Both the position numbers and the translations under genes were made by a program. The notes beneath the pieces are model-generated. The model did no database searches, had not been told where the DNA came from, and worked only from the letters and a program-made list of their open reading frames with translations. A stretch of DNA of 64,000 nucleotides. Source: Mobula hypostoma. Its lineage: Eukaryota. The DNA lies in NCBI RefSeq assembly GCF_963921235.1, contig NC_086108.1, positions 39,000,001 to 39,064,000 on the forward strand, read 5' to 3'. Within the stretch, counting starts at the first letter, position 1, and every line of letters starts with the position of its first letter. Shown here piece after piece: positions 11,801-23,845 of this stretch.

Positions 11801-14684
11801 AGGAAAATAAAGAAATACAATAGAAAATATGAAAAAAACTAGACATAAATAAAGACTGATACTGAGAACAAAAGTTGCGGAGTCCCTGAAAGTGAGCCTA
11901 TTGAATTGTGTCCATGCATTGTCCTGTCAAGAATAACATACCAATTGCAAAGTGAGATTTGTTATCTCAATAAATGATCAAAAAAAGCTTATTAATTCTG
12001 TCTATGATAAAATAGTAATGATAAAGCACTTCAAACATTAAATTGCTGATCTCAGCTCCTCAATATTTCACTACTTTATAATGATAAAATCACAACAGCA
12101 CATTAAGACTGAAAAGGACATCATTGCAATGCTGCAATTTCATGAAACATGAGCAGAACCTGCTATTAGTCATCTTCATTTGGAAATATGGCAATTAGAT
12201 GTTATAAATTCCAACTTGTCTACTTTGGTGTTCCTTGGTATTGAAATGCTGGGTGTTAGGATCTGTCATTTGTAAGGCGATCCCATCAAATCTCGTAAGA
12301 AAATAAACCTCTCTGCCATACTCCTATTTCAGAAATTTTGCTATGCTATTTTATTCCCACCCTCTCTGGGTGAGATTGTATAAGGGATCCATCTTGTAAA
12401 AAGAGCCGTGCTGCAGGAACACAGAAGCACCATGTGTTTAGGTGTGAATGAAGCTGCAACAGTTGATGAGTTGACATATTAACCTGGAGATGCAGCTTCA
12501 TTGCCTGGATGATCTTGTAAAAGTTTCAGGCCACAATTAATTTTTGCATTGTTATAGTCTTTCTTTTTCTTCTAATTAAATGACCAAGCTAGTCAGGTAT
12601 TAATCAATTTTCAAACCTTTAACTAAAATCACACCAATCTTTTACAATGATGATGTATGCATATTGGTTCCATATCATCAAGGTTATCTTGAAAAACAGT
12701 ATAAAAATCTTACATCTAACTACCTTCTTTGAAGCAAAAATTAAAAGTATAACACCAGTTATTTTGTAATCATACCTGTAGTATTATATAAGAAATGCTA
12801 TACTCAAGGAGGCCTTTATTCCTCCATAATAAATTCCCACAAGTGACAAAGGCTTTTAATGCAATCATATGGTAAATAATGATTTAAAAATGCACTGGAT
12901 CTCCCTGCATTTACCTGCCATGGTCAAAAGAGTAAAGCAAATTGCCCTGAGCTTTCACCTGCCCTGCTGTGAAATTCACTGATGTCACGTTGCAAGAGGG
13001 AAGATGGTCAAGGCTGACTGTGTACCTGACACCTCACTAACCTCACTCCCTGCAGAAGTGTCTAACCTCCAATAGACACACGGCCCATTCGCTGTCAGTG
13101 GAAGTCATGAACATGACCAAGTGCCCCACTATTAGTTAATGCAGTGTGCTGGATCCACAGGCTCTCGGTCCTTGGCTGTGTAGAGCCTAACCCTACCATC
13201 AATAACAGCTGACTTCACCACCCTGGCTTAAAGTAACAATATAACATAATTATATGAAGGAGGAGACAACCCACTGCAGCAGATCTGCAATGAAGGAAAA
13301 CAAACTGGAAAATCAGATACAGCATTACTAACAAATAAACACCCATCCATCATCCTGGGCTACACTGTTGATGTATTTCCCATAAACAATTATTTTTCTG
13401 CAGATTTTGTTACAAAAATTAGAAATTTTGATGACTAATTCAAAATGTTAATTCTGAGACCAGATGACAGGTTTCTGATAATTATTTTTTCTGTAGCTGA
13501 ACAGAACCTTTTTGTAGCAGGATGTTTACAGCACATAAAAAGTCTTTGTTGTCAAGCTGCATTGAGCAGTGAAAAAAATCAAATGTATTAATAATCAGAC
13601 TGCACTTTATATTTGATCTGCTAATTTGAATACAAAAGTTAATTATTTGTAATGAGGACTCTTTGATCTTTTTGGAAAAGACAAGCTTTCATATATTTCA
13701 CTGCACTTTTTGTTCCAAGTAACATTGGATGTTTTCCTTGCATGTGTTAATCATCCAGTTTTGTTTCAGACAGAATTAGTTTTAATGACTTCATTTGTGT
13801 AGCTGAATCAAGGAGAAAACCCACAGAAACCTCTTCAAGTGATAGATCTGAGGCACCTTGCAATATTCAGAAGTTTTATGAAGTACCATCACTAATGCTA
13901 AAAAAAATTAAACCGCATCCCCTCTAGAACACAAAACCAAGCTAGGATCCTGAGTCCCAGTTCAAATTTTTCTTTTAATCATACAACTCTTTACCAAATC
14001 TTGTAAGAACTCATGAAAATGACAACCACTTGATGAAAGCATACAGACAGAAAGCGAGGAAAGTCTATTCTCCTTTTGCAGGAGTTACATAACTTTGCAG
14101 TTTGAAAGGTGCTAGCTTGTCATTGTGGGTGGTATCAAAGTTTAAAAGTCAAATTTAATTAAAATTAATTCTCTATAACCCATTGAAATTGGAAATGGTA
14201 ATCTGGAGTAACATTAAAGAAGATCCAGAAGGCTTACACCCACAGTCTCTACAGTCTAGCCTAGCAGATCAACTGAAATATAAACATTGCCACATCCTTA
14301 CCTAACAGCACTGAGAGTTCCTTCACCACATGAACTGTTGATGTTCAAAAAAACCACCCCCAAACAGCATCAAGTGACGGGCAATAAATGCTAGCCTCAA
14401 CTTCAGTACCCAACTACAGTGAACAGATAAATTATTGGAAGTTTTTCATAGTGCACTTCTACACAAGGAAACCATGAAATATAAAAGGTATCAATCAAGA
14501 ATTTCTTGCAGACTGAAGCTTCTTGTTCAGCATTCTTTGGGCATAAGAGACACATTTTAGTCATTGAAGATTAGAGTCCATTTTGGGGCAGAGATGAGAA
14601 GTTATATACAAACATTAAATATTTTCAAATATAGTAATTTTGCATGTAATAATAATGTCAATTCAAGATATATGCAAGTTGGTT

Positions 14685-15312
14685 ACCATAAGACCACAGG
14701 ATATAAGAACAGAATTAGTCCATTTGGCTCTTCCAGTGCGCTCCGCCATTTCATTATGGCTGATCCATTTTCCTTCTCAGCCCCAATCTCCTACCTTCTC
14801 CCTGTATCCCTTCATGCCCTGACTAATCAAGAATCTATTAACCACTGCCTTAAACATACACAATGACTTAGCCTCCACCACCGCCTGTGGCAACGAATTG
14901 CACAGATTCACCACTCTTTGGCTAAAGACATTACAGTACTCCTCATCATGTTCTAAAGGACACTCCTCTTTTCTGAGGCTATATCCTCTAGTTTTAGGCT
15001 TTCCCACCATAGGAAACATCCTCTCCACATGCACTTTATCGAGGCCTTTCAACATTCGATAGGTTTCAATGAGGTCACCCTTCATTCTTCTGAATTCCAG
15101 TGAATACAGGCCCAGAGCTATCAAACACTCTTCATATGACAAGCCTTTCAATCCCGGAATCATTTTTGTGAACCTCCTTTGAAACCTCTCCAATGTCAGC
15201 ATATTCCTTCTATGATAAGAGGTCCAAAGCTGCTCACGATACTCCAAGTGAGGCCTCATCAGTGCTTTTTACGCCTCAACATTACGTCTTTGCTTTTATA
15301 TTCTAGTCCTCT
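14685..15312 (-). mobile_element. CR1 LINE 3' fragment
   Basis: ORF with RPHLEY..QRRFTKMIPGL..LGLYSLEFRRMKGDLIE..FSQRVVNL, followed by a CR1 3' UTR. Confidence 0.92.
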
Positions 15313-15694
15313 TGGTTCCATCACAGTTTGCATCTCAATACCAAGTAGCAGCACTATACAAAATCATACATTTCTCTGTAAGCATTGAAAAGGACCGTCT
15401 TATTTGTGCTCTTCTTGACATTGAAAGACCATTATTACAGATTTGCACATAAAGTCAGATTGGGATCTGTAATTTATATTTTTTTATGTATTGCACTGCA
15501 CCACTGCTGCAAAACAACAAATTTCACAACATAAGTCAGTGATGATAAACTTGACCCGATTCTGAAATCCTTCTTTACATTTAACACTTCTGTAAACAGT
15601 TTCTGGGAGACCACCGATCAGAGAAACTTTCAGCATTTGGTGGGAAATTCCTCCATTATTCTCAACAGTTGGAAACAGAGTATATTTTTCATTA

Positions 15695-15932
15695 TTTAGA
15701 GATACAATACAGTAACTGGCCCTTCTGGCTCAACGAACCCCTGCTGCCCAATTGCATCCATGTGACCAATTAACCTATGAACCGGTCTTTGGAATGTACG
15801 AGGAAACTGGAGCATCTGATAGAAACCCACACAGTCACAGGGAGAACGTACAAACTTCTTGTAGATAACGGCGGCAAGTGAACCTGGATTGCTGGCGCTG
15901 TAACAGTCTTGCACTAACCACTTCACTACTCT
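15695..15932 (-). mobile_element. tRNA-derived V-SINE (HE1-like)
   Basis: tRNA-like head, central TTTGTACGTTCTCCCTGTGACTGTGTGGGTTTC domain and a tail ending gtatctctaaataa. Further copies at about 27050-27365(-), 29210-29465(+), 34570-34790(-), 53845-54520(-) and 54790-55120(+). Confidence 0.75.
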
Positions 15933-17779
15933 GCTGGCCCTTCACTATATAACTGTAAATTGATGTCCCTTTCTGTTTAATCGTATTAAGTATTATACTT
16001 CTGAAAATAGACTTGCAATTTTAAAAAAATTACTCAGTTGTGTGTTTCATAAATACTGCCTAGTACACAGAGAATTATTTAATTGAATTAATATAAATTT
16101 CACAGATTAACACACCTGCAAATGTGTAAAATACAAGGAACTACCTATTTGCTTCCCATTTTCCACGTGTGGTGTTCATAAGTACAGTATTAACAATATT
16201 CTATTGAAATTCTATTTTCTCCCTGCACAATAAATTCTTGAACAAGCAGTGAAAAGCAGTATTTGCAAAGTAATTAAGAACAGAGGGCTAATAATGGCAT
16301 GGATACTCATTTTGGGTTGTTTATATGAAATTTATTTTAAGCACCCTATCCAACAATAGGAGTCCAAGCAATTCCCTGATAACAATAAGAGAAGAACTAT
16401 TAAAAATTGAGCTGCACGCCACTGCATGCTCAGCATTACACATGTCCTTCCTGGAAGTACTCTGAGCTGCCTCATTAATTACAAAGGTGAGAATTCAACA
16501 GCCAAAAGAATATGCATTCAGTCAGTTTGCTGAAATGCACAAAAAAATCCTCTTCCATTCACCTTTATTCACCATAACCCTTAATAGGGATTGAGAATTA
16601 AGATGTGTGCACTTTCCATTCTCCCATGCCCTTCCATTGTGGTTTATTCAGCCTCAGGCTAGCCATCTGTTATCACGAGCAATGCTCCATAGTTAACAAA
16701 ACAAACAGCAAAACAGCTAACCCAAGCAATTATAGGCTGCAGCACACAAATACAAAAGCACATAAAAAAACACACCAATCTTGTTCCTATGTGTCAAACC
16801 ACACCCACACACTGCTGACTGAACCCAAGAAAGAGCAGGATTTCAAGCAATTGATGAAGTGCAGCACATATTTGCATGCAGTTTAGGACACACAAAATTC
16901 AATCCAGATTATTTAAATTTCTAATGAACTCATTTGCTGTTAAGTAACATGCATTTTTCATCTCTGAGGAATTTACACTGCTTTCAACAGCCATGGAAGA
17001 CTTTCTGAAATCTGAAATGTCCCAGAGGGATTTTCCGATTTAGTAAACTGCAAAAAAAAAAGGCACTACTGATAGTCGTGCAAGTTTCATTATGGATAAT
17101 TTCACATTTTGAGAAAATGGCAATGGTCTTCCTCAGTTTGGTATTAGATTAAAATAATAATTTATCAGCTCCCTGACTCCCCAACAGCTCACTATGATCC
17201 TAAATTGAATACAACTTTAGCATGAGCCTTATTCAACTTTACATTAACCAGATAGGCAATTTTATCAATAGAAAGACAAAATATTGTGCAAAATCTGTAA
17301 GAGCCATATCACTGTTTGTGGTTTATATTCTGAGTGTTGGACTTGCTGAATGAAAGAATTTAAGACCCCTATGTCAAGGCCCCGAGTGACAGCAAGACCA
17401 TATTCAATGTAACCCAGCCACATCAATGGTCTGGATTAGCCACACCCACAAACAAAACTGCTAAAATTGTGATAGGCAAGAAAAAAAGTCATACTTCTGG
17501 CTATTCTGGATGTAAAAGCTGTCATATTTTTGTAATGTTCCTAAATTGTGGGTGAAAAAAACTTTTTTACAGACTAGTTGGGAGCAAACATGAAGGTTCT
17601 GATGGAAATAGGGTTTTAGCTAATATAATACACAATCGGTTGTATTCCTCTTATTTTTGAAATGTTCACCTTCTTGAACAACAGAAACTGCGTCATTATC
17701 AAAGTTTAACTTGTTGAGATAGGGTGGGATCTAGAGGATAAATTTAAAACGCACATGTAATGAATTCTTAAAATAAAGT

Positions 17780-20700
17780 GAAGGAAATAGGCATAGTGTA
17801 ATATGATAGAATTCACCCAGCAGATTGAAATGGACAAGCAAAAATTAGATGTATTGGTTTTGCATTGGAGTAAAAGGAACTACAAAGGCATGAGAGAGTT
17901 GTGGCAAAAGTTGATAGGAAGGGGACACAAGCAGGGATACCAGTAGAGCAGCAATGGATGGAGTTTCTGGGAATAATTTTGAAGATGCAAGATCAGCTCA
18001 TCCCAAAGAGCAGCAGCATTTCAAATGATGAGGGAACCGTGGCTGACAAGGGAAGTCAAAAGCGGCATAAAAGCAAAAGAAAGGGCATATAACGAAAATT
18101 ATGGAGAAGTTAGAGGATTGGGAATCTTTTAAAAACCAACAGAATGCAACTAAAGATCAATAAACAACATACATCAAAGTTGCTGGTGAACGCAGCAGGC
18201 CAGGCAGCATCTCTAGGAAGAGGCGCAGTCGACGTTTCAGGCCGAGACTCTTCGTCAGGACAATAAGTAGATTACAAATGAAATATGAAAGAAAGCTAGC
18301 CAATAATATAAAAGAAGCGAAAGAGTAAAGGAGAGACAAGAGTGGACATCAGGCCACTCGAAAATGATGCTGGAAAGGTAGAAATGGTGGTTGAACCCAA
18401 TAAGTATTTTCAGTCAGTCTTCACTGTGGAAGACACCAGCAGCATACCAGAAATTCGAGAGTGTCAGGGGACAGAAGTGAGCTCAGAGAAGGTGCTTAGG
18501 AAGCTATAAGGTCTGGAGATAGATTAAGTGACCTGGACCAGATAGAATACAACATAGGGTTCTGAAAGAGGTAACTGAAGAGATTGTGGAGGTGTTAGTA
18601 GTGATTAGTGGTAACGTAGACAGAGGGGGTATCATGATGGCGTCAAATTGCGACTCCTTTGTGACCATCCACGAAAACAGCTTAATTTCTACCTCTGACA
18701 TCTCTCTTTTTACTTTTAAGGATGGATGGGGTTCTGTAGAAGATCCTGACCTCAAGTTACACTCAGACTTCAGTTCTTTACGGTGGTGGGACCTGCTCCC
18801 AGGGGCTCACAGTCAGCCGTTTTTCAATATCCCAAGGACGCAGTCTGGAAGACAAGCGTGCCTTCGGGGTTCTGAGGTTTTGCAGCCCTGTGGATGGGTT
18901 GATTTGAAGCCGGTGCCACCGACTGAAGAGTCAGGGAAGAAAATGGAACATCAGGAACAGTGGATCAGCTGTCAGGCGCTCTGTACTCGGCGAGTTTTGC
19001 TCACTCTCACTCCCCATCGTTGGTAGGACAAAGATCGTTGCCGATTCTCAGGCCACAGAACTCAGAAAAAAAATGGCACGACAGACTTTAAACAATGTAA
19101 ATTAGCAAGCTATTTTGTATGTCTCCCCTTTCACTATGAAAGGGGGATACCTCTTTTTCCCCTTTATTAGGGAGAGCGAGGAGAGAGCTGGCGGCATGCT
19201 GAATTGTCAGGTGAACGATTAGTTTTTTTTGTACAGCAGATCATGGTCTTCATTGGGGGCCTTGATTTTGCACTCTTGGTGGGTGATGGGTGCTGATGCT
19301 TTTTTGTGGAAGTGGGTGAGGGGTGGGGAAGGGCATTGCTTTGCTGCTGCTTGTGTCTGGGAGGGTGGATTGGGGGGGCTTTGGGGTTCTAACATTTTAT
19401 CTGTCACTCATTCTTTGGGGCAGTCTTCTGTTTTCGTGGATGTCAGCAAAGAAAAGTAATTTCAGGATGTACATTGTATACATTTCTTTGATTTTAAATG
19501 GAACTATTGAACTATTGATCTTTCCAGAATCACTAGATTTTGGAATTGTTCTCAGAGGACTGGCCAATCACAACTCTACTGTTTATGAAGCAAAGGAAGC
19601 AAAATACAGGAAATTATAGGTCAATTAGCTTGATTTTAGGGGTTGGCAAGATGCAGTCCATGATTAGGAATGAGGTTTTGGGGTACAGTACTTGGGGGCA
19701 CATGCTAAAATAGGCCATAGTCAGTATGGTTTCTTCAAGAGTCAGTGGATGTTGCTTACGTGGATTTTCAGAAGGCCTTTGACAAGATGCTGTATGTGAG
19801 ACTGTTGAACAAAATTAAAGCCCATGACATTACAGGAAGAAATGAGCATGGACTGAAGGTTTGCTGACTGCTGAAGGCAAAGAATGGGAATAAAGGGGGC
19901 TATTTCTGGTTGGGGTCAGTAATGTGTCCACAACTTTTCACATTATATGTTAACGATCTCGATGATGAAACTGATGACTTTGCGGCCAAGTTTGCAGCTG
20001 ATACAAAGAAAGGTGAAGGAGCGGGTACTGTTGAGGAAGCAGAATGTCTGCAGAAAGACTTGGACAGATTAGGAGAATGGGCAAAAAAGTTGCAGATGGA
20101 ACTCAGTGTAGGAAAGTGCATCGTCATGCATTTTGGTAGAAAGAATAAAGGTAAAATCAATGTTAGCATTAATTTCAGAAGGACTAGAGTATAAAAGGAA
20201 GAATGTAATACTCAGGTTTTATAAGGCATCAGTCAGACCCTTTTGGAGTACTGTCAGCAGTTTTGGGTGTCATATCTAAGAAAGGATGCGCTGGCATTGG
20301 AGAGAGTTCAGAGGAGGTTTATGAGAATAATCACAGGAAGGACAAGATTAATGTATGAGGAGCATTTGATGGCTCTAGGCCTATACACACTCAAGTTTAA
20401 AAGAATGAGGGGTATCTCATTTTAACCTATATAATGTTGAAAGGCCTTGATAGTGTGGACACAGAGAGGATATGTCCAACAGTGAGGGTCTAGGACCAGA
20501 GGGGACAGCTTTAGAATAGAAGGAAACCCCTTTAGAATAGAAAATAGAAGGTATTTCTTTAGCCAGAGAGTGGTGAATCTGTGGAATTCATTCCACAGAT
20601 GGCTTTAGAGGCCAAGTCATTGGGTATATTTAAAGCTGAATTTGATAGGTTCTTGATTAATAAGGGTGTCTTAGGTTACAGGAAGAAGGCAGGAGAATGG

Positions 20701-20782
20701 GGTTGAGAGGGAAAATAAATCAATGATTGAGAAGACTTGAAGGGCCAAATGGCCTAATTCTTCTTCTATATCTTATGGTCTT
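17780..20782 (+). mobile_element. Decayed CR1 LINE interrupted by a Penelope fragment (18158-18261) and a 0.9-kb insertion (about 18606-19517)
   Basis: Collinear CR1 ORF2 remnants (PQLFTLYVNDLD, FAADTK, LEYC, QRRF) and a tcttatggtctta tail. Confidence 0.85.
18606..19517 (+). mobile_element. Non-coding, probably non-autonomous retroposon with a Rex-like 3' end and (GAACTATT)n tail
   Basis: Splits the CR1 at gtagtgat / ctttccag. No credible ORF; 3' end reads aatttcagg...gtatacat...taaatggaactattgaactattga. Confidence 0.55.
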
Positions 20783-22047
20783 ACGGAAGCTGTCATGTTT
20801 GATATTGATATAATGTATTCAAATTAAATTGATTCAATGTAGATCCATTTGTTATTGCACACCGAAAAGAATCTGACTCAGATTTATTATCACCGACACA
20901 CACAACGTGAAAATTGTTGTTTTAGGAGTGGTGCTGAATTTTACAGGATCCTTTTCATTAAGAAATGGTTAAATGATTCCAAGTGTTAGCAGGTTAATTT
21001 TATTCGAAGGCAGAGTAGTGTTATAGGTTTAAACTCAATGCAATAGGGAAAACAAGTTGGTAAATGCAGTAATTACGATTTTATTGGCCCATCTGTGTCA
21101 ATGTGTAAAAGCCAAGCTGTTTTTAATAGAAATACATCCTTTTTACTTTGTGTGTGTGAAGAAGTAGGTTCTTAGTTACTCCAGAGTGCTTACGGATTTT
21201 TTTTACTTTAAACAGGGAAATAACATTAACAGCTCCATGTGGAGTGCCATACTGTGAGGTAATTAAAAATCCTTTTTAAAAAATAAAACTTGTGCTTTGC
21301 AAGAATCTGTTTCTTGCCAGTAAGGACTAATGAGTGAGCACTGTATCAGTGTCAACAGCTTCACTAGAAGGCCTCTGCATGAAAATCAATGCTAACATGC
21401 TCAGTTCCCATAGCTTTCATAGACATTGATGTTTTCAGAGCAAAAAGTCAGAATCATCTATGGAAATATGTAAAGCATGGTTCTTTCTGAATGATCACAG
21501 TCCAGTGTTCCAAGAGAGTGTGACATCCGATACACTGTTGTGGAAGATATGCTGCTGTGAGCAGTGCTGAGCTGCAGCCTATTACTGACAGAACAAGGTT
21601 GAAAGACAAATACAGGTTCTCACTGCCTCTCCAATGTCAATTTCTGTCAGAAAGCAGAAAGACAAAGAAAAACTTACATATTATTACATGCTCCTTAATT
21701 AATCATGCAAAAGGGCATTATAATGCCAAAAATATTTCTTTGCAAACTCCGAGTCTCCTACACAGATTCATTCTTTTTCAAAATGATTATGGGGTATTTC
21801 TAGAAGCTGAGAGATTCCTACAATAAATAAGCTCTCAACGCCATAATGAGAGGTACTTGGTTTATAGTGCAAAACTAATAACTTACTCAGCAGGACCATA
21901 AGATCACAAGGAATAGAAGGTGAACTTGAAGTTGCTGATATTTATGGGGTCTGAATTGTTTGATTTTATCTGATTTTAAAACAAACATCTGTGATAGTCT
22001 AACCTGGGGAATTATCATTATTTGTTAACAATAAAGCACCAGAAAAT

Positions 22048-22662
22048 GTCGTCGAGCACCTCCGCTCTGTCCGCCACAACAGACAGGATCTCCCAGGTGC
22101 CACCCACTTCAACTCTGCTTCACATTCCCATTCAGATATGTCCATCCATGGCCCTCTCTACTGCCATGATGAGGCCAAACTCAGGTTGGAGGAGCAACAC
22201 CTCATATACCATCTGGGTAGTCTCCAGCCCCTTGGCATGAATACTGAACTCTCCAGCTTCCGGTAATTCCCTCCCCCTCCATTCTCCCATCCCAGTTTCA
22301 CTCTGCTCCCTCCCCCAGCTGCCTATCACCTCCCTCATGGTTCCACCTCCTTCTACTACCCATTGTGCTTCCCCTTATTCCTTCTTCACCTTTCCTGCCT
22401 ATCCCCTCCCTGCTTGCCCTTCCCCACCCCATGATCTTTCCCCTTACTGGTTTTTCACCTGGAATCTACCAGCTTTCTCCTTCCTACCCTCCCTCCACCT
22501 TCTTTATAGGGCCTCTGCCCCCTCCGTCTTCAGACCTGACCAAGGGTCTCGGCCCGAAATGTTGACTGTTCATTTCCACGGATGCTGCCCGACCTGCTGA
22601 GTTCCTCCAGCGTGTTTTGCGTGTTGCTTTGACCCCAGCATCTGCAGAGTATTTTGTATTTA
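22048..22662 (+). mobile_element. Penelope-like element 3' fragment (GIY-YIG C-terminus, pyrimidine-rich UTR, pLTR with minimal hammerhead)
   Basis: 22051-22266 translates to VEHLRSVRHNRQDLPGATHFNS...LRLEEQHLIYHLGSLQPLGMNTELSSFR*. Hammerhead-like CTGACCA-AGGGTCTCGGCCC-GAAA at 22536-22559. Confidence 0.85.
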
Positions 22663-23242
22663 CCAGAGAATGGCATGTGTGAATCGATATATACATTGGA
22701 AAACAGGATGGAGGCAATTGCTCTGAGAGAGACCGTGGACTCAGTGGGCAGAACAGCCTCTTATTATACTATTTAAAGTTTTAACAAAACTTTATGCCAG
22801 CAATAAACAACACCCGAGCAGAACCTGGTCTCTTTCACTTTACAACAAGAATTCCACATGCAGCTCATGCAGATATCCAGCCAATTGCATTTGATTGCCA
22901 GATCTGCTGGTCAGTGACATAGTGGTGAAAAGACCAAAGACATGTGGAAATGGAAGCTGAGTCATACAAAGCCAAATTCACAGGAGTTGGATAAGTGCAA
23001 TAGATACTTCAAAAATTTAAATTCCAGTTGTGGAGAAATAATGCAAATTTACTTTTCACCACATCTTCAAACATTTTTACATGTAATAGAACTAAGAACG
23101 AATACATGAAAATCAAAATGTCAAACTCGGTTGTAACTGCAAATGATAAAATAATATTTTAGCACTTACATTCCTTATCCTATTAGAAGACAGAATTTCG
23201 CAAAAAAGTTATTTGAAAAAAAATGGCTGTTTCAAAGTTACC

Positions 23243-23845
23243 TAGGTTGAGTGAACTCGGCCTTTTCTCCTTGGAACGACAGAGGATGAGAGGTGACCTA
23301 ATAGAGGTATATAAGATGATGAGAGGCATTGATCGTGTGGATAGTCAGAGGTTTTTTCCCCAGGGCTGAATTGCCACAAGAGGGCAAAACACACAAAAAG
23401 TGCTGGTGGAACGCAGCAGGCCAGGCAGCATCCATAGGAAGAAGTACAGTCAACGTTTCGGGCCGAGACTGTACCTCTTCCTATAGATGCTGTCTGGCCT
23501 GCTGCGTTCCACCAGCATTTTGTGTGTGTTGCTTGAATTTCCAGCATCTGCAGATTTCCTCGTGTGTGCCACAAGAGGGCACAGGTTTAAGGTGCTTTGG
23601 AGTAAGTACAGAGGAGATGTCGGGTAAGTTTTTTTATGCAGAGAGTGGTGAGTGCGTGGAATGGGCTGCCAGCAATGGTGGTGGAGGCGGATACAATAGG
23701 GTCTCTTAAGAGATTTTTGGATAGGTACATGGAGCTTAGAAAAATAGAGGGCTATGGGTAACCCTAGTAATTTCTAAGGTAGGGACATGTTTGGCACAAC
23801 TTTGTGGGCCGAAGGCCTGTATTATGCTATAGGTTTTCTATGTTC
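23243..23845 (+). mobile_element. CR1 LINE 3' fragment carrying a nested Penelope-derived insertion
   Basis: LGLFSLERQRMRGDLIEVYK remnant and ttttctatgttc tail. Confidence 0.88.
23387..23566. mobile_element. Palindromic Penelope pLTR-derived mini-insertion
   Basis: 15-bp TSD tgccacaagagggca at 23372-23386 and 23567-23581; inverted arms of about 60 bp. Confidence 0.88.

Noticed and set aside
12914..13050. Possible extra DENND1B exon (ctgcag acceptor, gtaaat donor)
   Set aside because: Stop codons occur in all three frames and there is no DENND1 similarity.
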